Shown here one piece after another: positions 40,292-50,192 of a stretch of 50,192 bases of DNA. Every line of letters begins with the position of its first letter. Position 1 is the stretch's first letter. The stretch spans positions 1 through 50,192 of the forward strand of contig PTKO01000003.1 of assembly GCA_002937775.1 (NCBI GenBank), written 5' to 3'. The notes under the pieces were generated by a model that saw only the letters and a program-made list of their open reading frames with translations, had not been told where the DNA came from and did not search any database. Position numbers and translations under genes: made by a program. The stretch is from Alphaproteobacteria bacterium MarineAlpha6_Bin4. GTDB taxonomy: Bacteria; Pseudomonadota; Alphaproteobacteria; GCA-002720895.

Positions 40292-40474
40292 ATGGCAAGA
40301 TCATATGAAGTAAAAAGATTATTAAGTACAGCTGGAACTGGCCACTCTTATGTAATTAAAAGAGGCACAAAAGGTGAAAAGAAAACAAAATTAGAAGTAA
40401 AAAAATTTGACCCGATTATAAAAAAGCACGTTTTATTTAAAGAATCTAAATTACCAAATCCAAAAAAACAATAA
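40292..40474 (+). CDS. rpmG: 50S ribosomal protein L33 (Cys-free type)
   Basis: STAGTGHSY and KKFDPIIKKHVLFKE. Confidence 0.92.
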   Translation: MARSYEVKRLLSTAGTGHSYVIKRGTKGEKKTKLEVKKFDPIIKKHVLFKESKLPNPKKQ

Positions 40475-40475
40475 A

Positions 40476-41423
40476 TTGAAATTTTTAATTGGTTCATCTG
40501 ATTCAGGACAAAGATTAGATAAATTTATTAAAAGAAAAGTTTTTAAGTTTACACAAAGTCTTTTAGAAAAATTTTCTAGAAAGGGAATAATTAAATTAAA
40601 TGGTAAGAAGACTAAATTATCTTATAAAGTAAAAATAGGAGATACCATTATTATACCTAACTTAGAAATAGAAAAAAAAGAAGAAAAAAAAATATTAAAA
40701 CATGGATTAAAGGAATTAACAAAAAAAATAATTAAAAATATTTTATTTAAAGATAGTGAAAAAATAATAATTAATAAACCTTCAGGGCTTGCTGTACATA
40801 GTGGTTCTAAAATCTTATTAAGCTTAAATGATGTATTAAAAGATTTAAGATTTGGTGTTAATGAAGATCCAAGGATTGTACATAGAATTGATAAGCAAAC
40901 AAGCGGCCTTTTAATTCTTGCAAGGAATTATAAAGCAACTGTTGAATTAACAAATCAATTTAAAGAAAAAAAAATTAATAAATTCTATTTAGCAATTTTA
41001 AATGGTGTGCCAAAAAAAAATAGTGGGGAAATAACAAATAAAATAAGAGTTAAAAAACAAAAAGATGCACTAACTAAATATTTTGTACTTAACAAAATTA
41101 ATAAATACTCATTAATTCTTATAAAACCTGAGACAGGAAGAAAAAGACAAATCAGAGAACATTTTTTTAATATAGACTGCCCAATAATAGGCGATAAAAA
41201 ATATTATAAAAAATTGGATAAAAATATAAACATTGATTCCAGAAAATTGTATTTACATGCTTACAAATTAAGTATTATAAAGAAAAATGGAAAAACTCAA
41301 AATTTTACAGCACCAATTCCTGATCATATAAAAAAATTTTGTTATTTATATAAAATTATAATTAATAAAAATGATATAAATAAATTAATTATTTCTAATA
41401 TTTTAAAAGGTGCAAAAAATTAA
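40476..41423 (+). CDS. RluA-family pseudouridine synthase with S4 domain (RluC-like)
   Basis: QRLDKF S4 domain, INKPSGLAVH, VHRIDKQTSG (catalytic Asp), PIIGD and LHA; TTG start. Confidence 0.92.
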   Translation: MKFLIGSSDSGQRLDKFIKRKVFKFTQSLLEKFSRKGIIKLNGKKTKLSYKVKIGDTIIIPNLEIEKKEEKKILKHGLKELTKKIIKNILFKDSEKIIINKPSGLAVHSGSKILLSLNDVLKDLRFGVNEDPRIVHRIDKQTSGLLILARNYKATVELTNQFKEKKINKFYLAILNGVPKKNSGEITNKIRVKKQKDALTKYFVLNKINKYSLILIKPETGRKRQIREHFFNIDCPIIGDKKYYKKLDKNINIDSRKLYLHAYKLSIIKKNGKTQNFTAPIPDHIKKFCYLYKIIINKNDINKLIISNILKGAKN

Positions 41424-41481
41424 AAAATTAGTAGAATTACTTGAAAACATACTTAAGTAAACTCTTTATTTTTATATTCTT

Positions 41482-43014
41482 ATGAAAGATATAATCAAAA
41501 TATTAGAAGAAAAAAGAAAGCAAGCTCAAAAGGGTGGTGGAAAGAAAAGAGTAGAAACCCAGCATAAAAAAGGAAAATTAACAGCAAGAGAAAGAATAAA
41601 TCTTTTGTTAGATAAAGATACATTTGAAGAATGGGATATGTTTGTTGAGCATAGATCTACAGATTTTGGTATGGCTAACAATAAAGTTCCTGGAGATGGA
41701 GTGGTAACAGGACATGGAGCAATCAATGGAAGACAAGTTTTCGTTTTTAGCCAAGATTTCACTGTTTTTGGTGGCTCTTTGTCTGAAGCGCATGCTAATA
41801 AAATTGTAAAAATTATGAAGAAAGCTATGCAAGTTGGAGCGCCAGTAATTGGTTTAAATGACTCAGGCGGTGCAAGAATACAAGAAGGCGTCGACTCTCT
41901 TGCAGCATACGCAAAAGTTTTTGAACAAAATGTTTTGGCCTCAGGAGTTATTCCACAAATATCTGTCATTATGGGACCATGCGCTGGAGGAGCTGTTTAT
42001 TCTCCTGCAATGACTGATTTTATTTTTATGGTAAATAAAACTTCGTACATGTTTGTAACTGGTCCTGATGTTGTTAAAACTGTAACACATGAAAACGTTA
42101 CGCATGAAGAATTAGGTGGGGCCTCAACTCACACAACAAAATCAAGCGTTGCTGACGGATCATTTAAAAATGACATTGTTGCTTTAAAAGAAGTAAGAAG
42201 ATTATTCGATTTTATACCATTGTCTTTTAGAGAAAAACCTCCTCTTATGAAGAAAACAGATAAACAAGATAGAAGCGAAAAGTCTTTAAATACAATAGTT
42301 CCAAAAAATCCAAACAAACCATATGATATGAAAGAAGTAATTAATAAAATAATCGACAATGAAGATTTCTTCGAAATTCAAGAAGCTTACGCCAAAAATA
42401 TAATAACTGGTTTTGCTCGTATGGATGGACAACCTGTTGGAATTGTAGCCAATCAACCACTGGTTCTTGCAGGATGTTTGGATATAGATTCATCTAGAAA
42501 AGCTGCAAGATTTGTACGATTTTGTGATTGTTTTAATATTCCTATTATTACTTTTGTTGATGTTCCAGGATTTCTACCTGGTACTAAACAAGAATATGGT
42601 GGAATTATAAAACATGGTTCTAAATTATTATTTGCTTATACTGAAGCAACAGTTCCTAAAATAACTATTATCACTAGAAAGGCCTACGGTGGTGCGTATG
42701 ATGTTATGAGTTCTAAACATTTAAGAGGAGATGTAAATTATGCCTGGCCCACTGCTGAAATTGCAGTAATGGGTCCAAAAGGAGCTGTTGAAATAATTTT
42801 TCGTGATGATTTAAAAAATAAAAAGAAAATTGCTGAAAGAACAGAGGAATATAGAGAGAAATTTGCTAATCCTTTTATTGCTGGATCTAGAGGTTTTATA
42901 GATGATGTAATTAGACCAGCCGGCACAAGAGCTAGAATTTGCAAAGCCTTAAAAATGTTAAAAAATAAATTTTTAAAAAATCCTCCAAAAAAACATAATA
43001 ATATTCCCCTTTAA
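41482..43014 (+). CDS. pccB: Propionyl-CoA carboxylase beta (carboxyltransferase) subunit
   Basis: [31 protein letters not shown] and [11 protein letters not shown]. Confidence 0.92.
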   Translation: MKDIIKILEEKRKQAQKGGGKKRVETQHKKGKLTARERINLLLDKDTFEEWDMFVEHRSTDFGMANNKVPGDGVVTGHGAINGRQVFVFSQDFTVFGGSLSEAHANKIVKIMKKAMQVGAPVIGLNDSGGARIQEGVDSLAAYAKVFEQNVLASGVIPQISVIMGPCAGGAVYSPAMTDFIFMVNKTSYMFVTGPDVVKTVTHENVTHEELGGASTHTTKSSVADGSFKNDIVALKEVRRLFDFIPLSFREKPPLMKKTDKQDRSEKSLNTIVPKNPNKPYDMKEVINKIIDNEDFFEIQEAYAKNIITGFARMDGQPVGIVANQPLVLAGCLDIDSSRKAARFVRFCDCFNIPIITFVDVPGFLPGTKQEYGGIIKHGSKLLFAYTEATVPKITIITRKAYGGAYDVMSSKHLRGDVNYAWPTAEIAVMGPKGAVEIIFRDDLKNKKKIAERTEEYREKFANPFIAGSRGFIDDVIRPAGTRARICKALKMLKNKFLKNPPKKHNNIPL

Positions 43015-43019
43015 ATATA

Positions 43020-44996
43020 ATGATTAAAAAAATTCTCATTGCAAATAGGGGGGAGATTGCATGCAGGGTAATTAAAACTGCAAGGAAAATGGGGATTAAA
43101 ACTGTTGCTGTTTACTCTGAAGCTGATGAATATTCTAAGCATGTTTTAGAAGCAGATGAGTCATTATTAATAGGTCCTGCTTCAGCATCTGAAAGTTATC
43201 TTTCAATAGAAAAAATAATTAACGCTGCAAAGGAAGCTGGAGCTGATGCAATTCATCCAGGCTATGGTTTTTTATCGGAAAACGCTCGTTTTGTCCAAAG
43301 ACTATTAAAGGAAAAAATAAAATTTATCGGACCAAATGTAAAAGCTATCAAAATTATGGGAGATAAAATTCAATCAAAGAATCTAGCTATTAAGGCAAAA
43401 GTAAATACCATTCCTGGTTTTAATGATGTAATAAAAGATTACAAACATGCATCTGTTATTGCTAATGATATTGGTTTTCCATTAATGATAAAAGCTTCTG
43501 CTGGAGGTGGTGGAAAAGGAATGAGAATTGTAAAAAATAAAAATGAAGTAAAAGATGCGTTTCAATTAGCCTCAAATGAAGCAAAATCAAGTTTTGGCGA
43601 TGATAGGGTTTTTATAGAAAAATATATTGAAAAACCTAGACATATAGAAATACAAGTTTTAGCAGATATCTATGGAAATGTAATACATTTAGGTGAAAGA
43701 GAATGTTCAATACAAAGAAGACATCAAAAAATCATTGAGGAAGCCCCCAGTTCAGTTGTTTCAAAAAAATTACGAAATGAAATGGGAGAACAAGCAAAAG
43801 ATCTAGCAAAAGCAGTTGAATATCAATCAGCAGGTACAGTTGAATTTATTGTTGACCAAGAAAATAACTTTTATTTTTTAGAAATGAATACAAGATTGCA
43901 AGTTGAGCATCCGGTAACAGAAGAAATTACGGGATTTGATTTAGTGGAACAAATGATAAGAGTGGCCGATGAAAAAAGATTAAAAATTAAACAAGAAGAT
44001 GTCAAAATTGATGGATGGGCTATGGAAGCTCGCATATATTCAGAGGACCCTATAAGAAACTTTCTTCCATCTGTAGGAAGAGTTAAGAAATATATTGAAC
44101 CAGTAGGTGAAAAAAATGTTCGGTTAGATTCTGGAATTATTGACGGATCAGAAGTAAGTATTAATTACGACCCTATGCTTGCAAAATTAATAGTTAAAGG
44201 AAAAAATAGAGATCAATGCATAAAAAAAATTGTAAATGCTTTAAATTCTTTTTACTTAAGAGGCTTTAATAACAATATTAAATTTTTAATTTCAATTTTT
44301 AATTCTAAAAATTTCTGCAAAGGAGATATACACACAGGTCTTTTAGATCAAGAATACAAAGATGGCTATAATTACCCTAAACCTTCTAATAAATTTCTAA
44401 AAAAAATATTTGTACCTGTTGCAGCGTATATTGGTTACAGATATCTAAAGAATGAAAATGTTAGAAATATTCATCAAGAAGAAGATAGATACATTTTAAA
44501 TTTAAATAATAAACAATACGCAATAAAAATTAATGAAGGAAAAAAAGGTATAATTAAAATAATTTATAAGAATTCATCATTTAAACTTAAAAGTTCTTGG
44601 AAAATAAATGATGCAATTATAGATATCCAAATTAATAAAAAAAAATATTTATTACAGTTTGATAAATTCCAAAATCATTTATCTATCACATATTTAGATT
44701 ATTCAGGTGAGTTTGTTTTTTATGATAAAGAAACAGCAAAATTTGACAAATATATGCTTGAAGAGGAAGTTGTTGATCTATCCAAATTTCTGTTAGCACC
44801 TATGCCAGGAAAAATTGTTTCTATAAATGTAAAAGATGGACAAAAAGTTAAATCTGGAGAAAATTTATTAGTTCTTGAAGCAATGAAAATGGAAAATTTG
44901 ATAACTGCCTCTAAAGATGCAAAAATAAAAAAAATTAGCGTTAAGCCCAATGACGCAGTTGAAGTAGATCAGATATTAATAGAATTTGATGAATAA
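43020..44996 (+). CDS. pccA: Propionyl-CoA carboxylase alpha subunit (biotin carboxylase + BCCP)
   Basis: IANRGEIA, GGGGKGMR, EMNTRLQVEHP and EAMKM biotinylation site; adjacent to pccB. Confidence 0.88.
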   Translation: MIKKILIANRGEIACRVIKTARKMGIKTVAVYSEADEYSKHVLEADESLLIGPASASESYLSIEKIINAAKEAGADAIHPGYGFLSENARFVQRLLKEKIKFIGPNVKAIKIMGDKIQSKNLAIKAKVNTIPGFNDVIKDYKHASVIANDIGFPLMIKASAGGGGKGMRIVKNKNEVKDAFQLASNEAKSSFGDDRVFIEKYIEKPRHIEIQVLADIYGNVIHLGERECSIQRRHQKIIEEAPSSVVSKKLRNEMGEQAKDLAKAVEYQSAGTVEFIVDQENNFYFLEMNTRLQVEHPVTEEITGFDLVEQMIRVADEKRLKIKQEDVKIDGWAMEARIYSEDPIRNFLPSVGRVKKYIEPVGEKNVRLDSGIIDGSEVSINYDPMLAKLIVKGKNRDQCIKKIVNALNSFYLRGFNNNIKFLISIFNSKNFCKGDIHTGLLDQEYKDGYNYPKPSNKFLKKIFVPVAAYIGYRYLKNENVRNIHQEEDRYILNLNNKQYAIKINEGKKGIIKIIYKNSSFKLKSSWKINDAIIDIQINKKKYLLQFDKFQNHLSITYLDYSGEFVFYDKETAKFDKYMLEEEVVDLSKFLLAPMPGKIVSINVKDGQKVKSGENLLVLEAMKMENLITASKDAKIKKISVKPNDAVEVDQILIEFDE

Positions 44997-45297
44997 AAAA
45001 GGATCTATTAAAGTTGTTCATTTATTTATAGTCGGGAAAGTTCAACAGGTTGGCTACAGATATTGGTTTAAACATGAAGGTGAAGATAACAAATTAAAAG
45101 GTTGGGTAAGAAATACAAATAACAATAGAGTTGAAGCTGAAATTACAGGAGATAAAAAAAGTATAAATTTCATGATAAAAAGATGCTGGAAGGGCCCGAT
45201 AATAGCAAAGGTTGAAAATATTATTGTTAAGAATATTAATAAGGTTTCATTGATAGAAGAAAATCTTAAAGGCATAAAAATTCTTGAAACAACATAA
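44989..45297 (+). CDS. Acylphosphatase
   Basis: GKVQQVGYR, GWVRN..VE and GP..AKV. Confidence 0.9.
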   Translation: MNKKGSIKVVHLFIVGKVQQVGYRYWFKHEGEDNKLKGWVRNTNNNRVEAEITGDKKSINFMIKRCWKGPIIAKVENIIVKNINKVSLIEENLKGIKILETT

Positions 45298-45354
45298 AAT
45301 TATCTTTATCTTCTAATCAATTTTATAAATTTCGTTATTTTTTTTAAAAATTAT

Positions 45355-45441
45355 GCGGCCGTGGCGGAATTGGTAGACGCGCAGCGTTGAGGGCGCTGTG
45401 GGAGTAATCCTGTGGAAGTTCAAGTCTTCTCGGCCGCACCA
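45355..45441 (+). tRNA. tRNA-Leu(GAG)
   Basis: GGCGGAATTGGTAGACGC D-arm, CAGCG-TT-GAG-GG-CGCTG anticodon arm, long variable arm and A73-CCA. Confidence 0.96.
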
Positions 45442-45502
45442 AATTTTTAATTGAAAACAAGGTTTTGTAAACAATATTTAAGGATATTTTTTAATTTTTA
45501 TT

Positions 45503-46912
45503 ATGTTAGTTTCTTTAAAAAAAATATTTAATAAAAAGCATGATTACGAACGAATTAAAAAGGAAATTACACCTGTTCCTTCAAAATTTATTCATGCATT
45601 AATGGACTCAATAAATTTGGGCTTAATAGATAAAGCCCAAGCATTATTATCTGATATAAGCACAGGTGAAATTGCAAATATAATTGAGCAGTTAGACTCA
45701 AATAATAGAAAAAAACTAATTTTCTTCCTTGGTTCTTCAATACAACCAGAAATAATTTTAGAATTAGATAAGGATATAAGAAAAGAAATAATATCTGTAG
45801 TTGGTGAACACACTTTTCTTGATGTTGTTTCAAAATTAGACACAGATGATTTAATAGAAATTTTAGAAGAATTAGAAGACGATAAAAGAGGGCAATATCT
45901 TAAATTACTTCCAAAAAAGAGCCAAAGAGAGTTAGTTAAAAAAGGACTTAAATTTCCTGAAGATACAGCAGGCCGTATAATGTCTACAAACGTTGTTACA
46001 ATTTCTGCATCATGGTCTATTGGAAGAACATTGAAATTTTTACGTAACAAAAAAGATTTGTTGCCTGATGATATTTATGAAGTTTATATTTTAGATAGTA
46101 AAAAAAAGCCTATTGGCACATTAAATCTAAACAAAATAGTTAGATCTAGTAGCGCAACTATTGTTAAGGATATTATGAATACACAGTTTAAAACTATTCC
46201 TATAAATACCGATCAAGAAGAAATAGCTTTAGGATTTAAACAAAATAATTTAATTGCTGCCCCAGTTGTAGATAAGTCTGGTAAAATAGTTGGACAAATA
46301 AACTCAGATGACATAATTGATATTATTGAAGAAGAAGCAGAAGAAGATTTATTGAGATTAAGCGGTGTTCAATCAGGCGATACATTTAGTGCGGTGCTAC
46401 AAACCATTAAATCAAGATTTAGTTGGCTGCTAATAAATTTGTTTACAGCAATAGCGGCATCATTTGTTATTGGTATATTTGAAGATTCATTAAAACAAGT
46501 TGTAGCCTTGGCAATTTTAATGCCAATCGTTGCATCTATGGGAGGAAATGCTGGAACTCAAACTTTAACAGTAGCGGTTCGTTCACTTGCATTAAGAGAA
46601 ATTACAAGGGCAAACGCATTACGTGTTATCGGAAAAGAGTTTGCGGTAGGAGCTATCAACGGGTTAATTTTTGCAGCTATTATAGGAGTTGTAGCATCAT
46701 ACTGGTTTGAAATGCCGTTATTAGGATTTGTTATTGCCGCTGCAATGATATTAAATCTTATAATTGCATGTTTATCAGGAATTTTAATACCACTAATTTT
46801 AGATAAAACAGGTATTGATCCTGCTATAGCATCTACAGTAGTATTAACTACAATAACTGATGTGTTTGGTTTTTTTACATTTTTAGGTTTAGGTTCTATA
46901 TATCTTTTGTAA
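45503..46912 (+). CDS. mgtE: Magnesium transporter MgtE
   Basis: N domain, CBS pair (EDTAGRIM), MGGNAGTQ and DPAIAS..TTITD. Confidence 0.96.
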   Translation: MLVSLKKIFNKKHDYERIKKEITPVPSKFIHALMDSINLGLIDKAQALLSDISTGEIANIIEQLDSNNRKKLIFFLGSSIQPEIILELDKDIRKEIISVVGEHTFLDVVSKLDTDDLIEILEELEDDKRGQYLKLLPKKSQRELVKKGLKFPEDTAGRIMSTNVVTISASWSIGRTLKFLRNKKDLLPDDIYEVYILDSKKKPIGTLNLNKIVRSSSATIVKDIMNTQFKTIPINTDQEEIALGFKQNNLIAAPVVDKSGKIVGQINSDDIIDIIEEEAEEDLLRLSGVQSGDTFSAVLQTIKSRFSWLLINLFTAIAASFVIGIFEDSLKQVVALAILMPIVASMGGNAGTQTLTVAVRSLALREITRANALRVIGKEFAVGAINGLIFAAIIGVVASYWFEMPLLGFVIAAAMILNLIIACLSGILIPLILDKTGIDPAIASTVVLTTITDVFGFFTFLGLGSIYLL

Positions 46913-46921
46913 AATATCTTT

Positions 46922-49198
46922 ATGTTACTAAGCTCAAATTTAGGATATCCCAGAATTGGACAAAATAGAGAATTAAAGTGGCTTCTTGAATCTTTTTGGA
47001 AAAAAAAAATAAATGAATCAGAGCTACTTTTAAATATTTCAAATATTAAAAAAAATAATTGGATAAAACAAAAAAAAGCTGGTCTTAATTTTATACCATC
47101 AAATGACTTTTCATTATATGACCATGTTTTAGATATGTGTTTAACAGTAGATGCGATACCAGATAGATTTAAAAAACTTAAAAATAAAAAAAATAAACTC
47201 GACCTTTATTTTGGTATGGCAAGGGGCTATCAAAATAAAAAAATAGATATTAAAGCTATGGAAATGACCAAATGGTTTGATACTAATTATCATTATATTG
47301 TCCCAGAGCTTAAACAAAATCAAAAGTTTAATTTAGCATTCTCAAAAGTTATTGATGAATTTATTGAAGCAAAAAATTTCGGTATTATAACAAGACCTGT
47401 TATTTTAGGGCCCTTATCCTTTTTATATTTAGCTAAATCTACATCAAAAAAATTTAATAAGTTAAGTTTATTAGTCAACTTACTGCAAGTTTATAAATTA
47501 ATATTTAAATCACTAAAAAATTTTGGCGCAGAGTGGATACAAGTTGACGAACCAATTTTATCTTTAGACTTAAATAATGAATATAAAAAAAAATTTATAT
47601 CGACATACAAAACATTAAGCAAAAACTCACCCAATATCTTATTAACGTCTTATTTTTCATCTGCTTATACAAACTATAATATTTTGAAAAAACTTAATGT
47701 TAAAGGTGTTCATTTTGATTTAGTTAATACTGACAAAAAAGATTTAAACAAAATTCTATTAAATTTTCCTAAAAATAAGTTTTTTTCAGCAGGCATTATT
47801 AATGGTAGAAATATATGGAAAAATAATTTAGCAAAATCCTTAGAAATTATTAAAAAGATTAAAAAAAAAGTAGGTGATGATAAATTAATAATTTCTTCTT
47901 CCTGTTCTCTTTTGCATAGCCCAGTAGATTTAAATAAAGAAGAAGATTTAAATCCTATAATTAAAGATTGGCTAGCATTTGCGGACCAAAAATTAAAAGA
48001 AATAGTTTTTATACAAAAAAGTTTTAATTCAGATTTGTTAAAAAATAGTGACTATTTTATCGATAACAAATCCTCTATAAAAAAAAGAGAAAACTCAAAA
48101 CTCATACATAATAAAAAAGTTAAAAGTAGAATTAAATCTATTACACCAAAAATGTTAAAAAGAAATAATAGTTATTTAATAAGAAGAATGGTTCAAAGCG
48201 AATTAAATCTTCCTTTATTTCCTACTACAACAATAGGATCGTTCCCACAAACTTCAGAGGTGAGAAAATTTAGACTTAAATATAAAAGAAAAGAAATAAG
48301 TAAAAAAACTTATGAAAATTTTTTAAAAAAGGAAACAAAAAAAGCAATAAAATTTCAAGAAAATATCGATATTGATGTAATTGTACATGGAGAATTTGAA
48401 AGAAATGATATGGTTGAATACTTTGGTGAAAAACTCAATGGTTTTATTTTCACTAAATTTGGATGGGTGCAAAGTTATGGCTCTAGATGTGTGAAACCAC
48501 CAATAATATTTGGCGATATTAGTCGTGCTCAACCAATGACTGTTTTTTGGTCAAAATTTGCTCAATCATCGACAAAAAAAATTGTAAAAGGTATGCTTAC
48601 AGGACCAGTTACAATACTGCAGTGGTCTTTTGTAAGAGATGACCAACCAAGAGAAACAACATGTAAACAAATTGCTTTGTCTTTATTAGACGAGGTATTA
48701 GATTTAGAAAAAAATAATTTAAAAGTAATACAAATTGACGAACCAGCATTAAGAGAAGGTCTCCCATTAAGGAAAAGTGATTGGAATTCATATTTAAAAT
48801 GGGCAATAGACTCATTTAAAATTGCTTCATCATCAGTAAAAGATGAAACGCAAATCCATACGCATATGTGCTACTGTGAATTTGATGACATTTTAGATTC
48901 AATTGAAAAATTAGACGCTGATGTAATATCTATTGAAACATCAAGATCAAATATGGAGCTTTTGGATTCATTCAAAAACTATAAATATCCTAATTCAATT
49001 GGACCTGGTGTATATGATATTCACTCGCCAAGAGTACCAACAATCTCAGAGATGAAGATTTTATTAAAAAAAGCACAAAAATTTATTGAAAAAGAAAAAA
49101 TTTGGGTAAACCCAGACTGTGGCTTAAAAACTAGAGGCTGGTCTGAGGTTAAAAAAGCGTTAAAATCCATGACAACTGTAGCAAAATCTTTGAGATAA
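46922..49198 (+). CDS. metE: Cobalamin-independent methionine synthase
   Basis: LGYPRIG, MTKWFDTNYHY, HGEFERNDMVEYF, HTHMCY and WVNPDCGLKTR. Confidence 0.98.
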   Translation: MLLSSNLGYPRIGQNRELKWLLESFWKKKINESELLLNISNIKKNNWIKQKKAGLNFIPSNDFSLYDHVLDMCLTVDAIPDRFKKLKNKKNKLDLYFGMARGYQNKKIDIKAMEMTKWFDTNYHYIVPELKQNQKFNLAFSKVIDEFIEAKNFGIITRPVILGPLSFLYLAKSTSKKFNKLSLLVNLLQVYKLIFKSLKNFGAEWIQVDEPILSLDLNNEYKKKFISTYKTLSKNSPNILLTSYFSSAYTNYNILKKLNVKGVHFDLVNTDKKDLNKILLNFPKNKFFSAGIINGRNIWKNNLAKSLEIIKKIKKKVGDDKLIISSSCSLLHSPVDLNKEEDLNPIIKDWLAFADQKLKEIVFIQKSFNSDLLKNSDYFIDNKSSIKKRENSKLIHNKKVKSRIKSITPKMLKRNNSYLIRRMVQSELNLPLFPTTTIGSFPQTSEVRKFRLKYKRKEISKKTYENFLKKETKKAIKFQENIDIDVIVHGEFERNDMVEYFGEKLNGFIFTKFGWVQSYGSRCVKPPIIFGDISRAQPMTVFWSKFAQSSTKKIVKGMLTGPVTILQWSFVRDDQPRETTCKQIALSLLDEVLDLEKNNLKVIQIDEPALREGLPLRKSDWNSYLKWAIDSFKIASSSVKDETQIHTHMCYCEFDDILDSIEKLDADVISIETSRSNMELLDSFKNYKYPNSIGPGVYDIHSPRVPTISEMKILLKKAQKFIEKEKIWVNPDCGLKTRGWSEVKKALKSMTTVAKSLR

Positions 49199-49276
49199 CT
49201 ACTATATATAGTATACAATTTCTACTTGATTAAATCATATAGTATGGTATTATTTTAACTATTCTATATGTAGTAG
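49199..49276 (+). promoter_or_regulatory. Three NrdR-box-like sites (31-bp period) overlapping an extended -10 sigma70 promoter
   Basis: ctaCTATATATAGtat (49199), ttaAATCATATAGtat (49230, degenerate) and attCTATATGTAGtag (49261). TTGATT at 49226, N16 spacer, TGn-TATTAT at 49248. Confidence 0.6.
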
Positions 49277-49279
49277 ATT

Positions 49280-49603
49280 ATGTGGTCAAAAGAAGAAATA
49301 GATATATTAACCAAATTATGGAACAGAGGAGAACCTGCAAGAATTATAGCTTTGCAATTAAGAACAACAAGAAATGCTGTAATTGGTAAGGCGAATAGAT
49401 TAGGTTTACCTAAACACCCAAGTAGAATTGAAGATAATGATGAAGAAATATATGAAATAAATAGTAATATAGAGGAAATTTATAAACCCAAAATATGCTC
49501 ACACTCTAACTGTAGCATGACCGCTCAACCTGGACGCGAATATTGTGCATTTCATTGCAGACTTATAATCGAAGAACAAAAAAAACAAAAACAAGCAAGT
49601 TAA
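49280..49603 (+). CDS. GcrA-family cell-cycle regulator (short variant)
   Basis: MW..E.I..L.KLW..G..A..IA..L..TRNAVIGKA.RLGL N-terminal domain; C-terminal YC..H. Confidence 0.82.
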   Translation: MWSKEEIDILTKLWNRGEPARIIALQLRTTRNAVIGKANRLGLPKHPSRIEDNDEEIYEINSNIEEIYKPKICSHSNCSMTAQPGREYCAFHCRLIIEEQKKQKQAS

Positions 49604-49633
49604 ATTTTCCATTTTCTTTAGTAGAATATTTTT

Positions 49634-50161
49634 ATGCTTATAGATAAAGATAAATCATCACTATTAATAATTGATGTTCAAGAAAAATTGTTTTCTGTTA
49701 TGCCCAAACCTCATACATTTATAAATAATATAGTAAAACTTCAGAAAGCTGCAAAAATTCTAAAAATAAAAAATTATTGTTCAGAACAGTACCCTAATGG
49801 TTTAGGAAAAACTATAGATAAAATAAATGAAAATTTTTTTGAATTGACAAAAAAGTTTGAGAAAGTGGAATTTTCAGTACAGCTTAGTAAAATTTCTGAT
49901 TTAACATCTCAATATATTGTTTGTGGTATTGAAGCACATGTTTGTGTTTTACAAACCGCAATGAATTTAGCGAAAAATAATAATGTTTATGTTGTTCAAG
50001 ATGCTATTAGCTCAAGATATGAAAAAGATTACTTAACTGCACTTAGCAGACTTGATAAACATCCTAATATCCATATAGTAAGTTGCGAAATGGTTTTGTT
50101 TGAATGGTTAAGAACATCTGCCCATCCTAAATTTAAAACTATCTCACAACTTATAAAATAA
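49634..50161 (+). CDS. Isochorismatase-family cysteine hydrolase
   Basis: IIDVQEKL, SEQYPNGLGKT, K.EFS, GIEAHVCVLQT and EMVLFEW. Confidence 0.92.
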   Translation: MLIDKDKSSLLIIDVQEKLFSVMPKPHTFINNIVKLQKAAKILKIKNYCSEQYPNGLGKTIDKINENFFELTKKFEKVEFSVQLSKISDLTSQYIVCGIEAHVCVLQTAMNLAKNNNVYVVQDAISSRYEKDYLTALSRLDKHPNIHIVSCEMVLFEWLRTSAHPKFKTISQLIK

Positions 50162-50192
50162 TTTAAATATCGTAATACAAAAAGAATTCATG

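Noticed and set aside
9335-41423. Stop-codon reassignment or readthrough as the cause of the protein tails
   Set aside because: The tails contain no in-frame stops, TGA, TAA and TAG all terminate conserved genes at expected positions, tRNA-Trp has the standard CCA anticodon, and several extensions are N-terminal.
232-49218. Numerous short antisense and alternate-frame ORFs in the track (e.g. 10973-11347, 14307-14596, 24537-25049, 36218-36730)
   Set aside because: They are shadows of conserved genes or of the coding repeats, with no motifs and no independent initiation signals.

Overview
Very AT-rich, densely packed window from a streamlined Alphaproteobacterium, probably marine and Pelagibacterales-like (inferred from the gcrA homolog, gene order and composition). 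About 9-41 kb is the core translation/transcription superoperon, all on the + strand: tRNA-Tyr, tRNA-Gly, tuf, tRNA-Trp, secE, nusG, rplK, rplA, rplJL, rpoBC, str, S10, spc and alpha clusters, rpmG and a pseudouridine synthase. It is followed by pccBA, acylphosphatase, tRNA-Leu, mgtE, metE, a gcrA-like gene and an isochorismatase-family gene. The left 9 kb is accessory: a PQQ sugar dehydrogenase, a PQQ alcohol dehydrogenase with the lanthanide-type DxD motif, a sulfocyanin-like blue copper protein, three secreted orphans, an MFS transporter, tRNA-Thr and an sxtJ/sxtK/carbamoyltransferase triad. Four observations stand out. (1) A probable lanthanide-PQQ dehydrogenase is paired with a copper protein rather than a cytochrome c. 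(2) EF-Tu, NusG and many ribosomal proteins carry charged low-complexity extensions, two of them built from tandem repeats. (3) A 2OG-Fe(II) oxygenase is inserted between rplK and rplA. (4) Three NrdR-like boxes at exact 31-bp spacing overlap the promoter of the gcrA-like gene. All calls come from reading motifs by eye; no searches were run.
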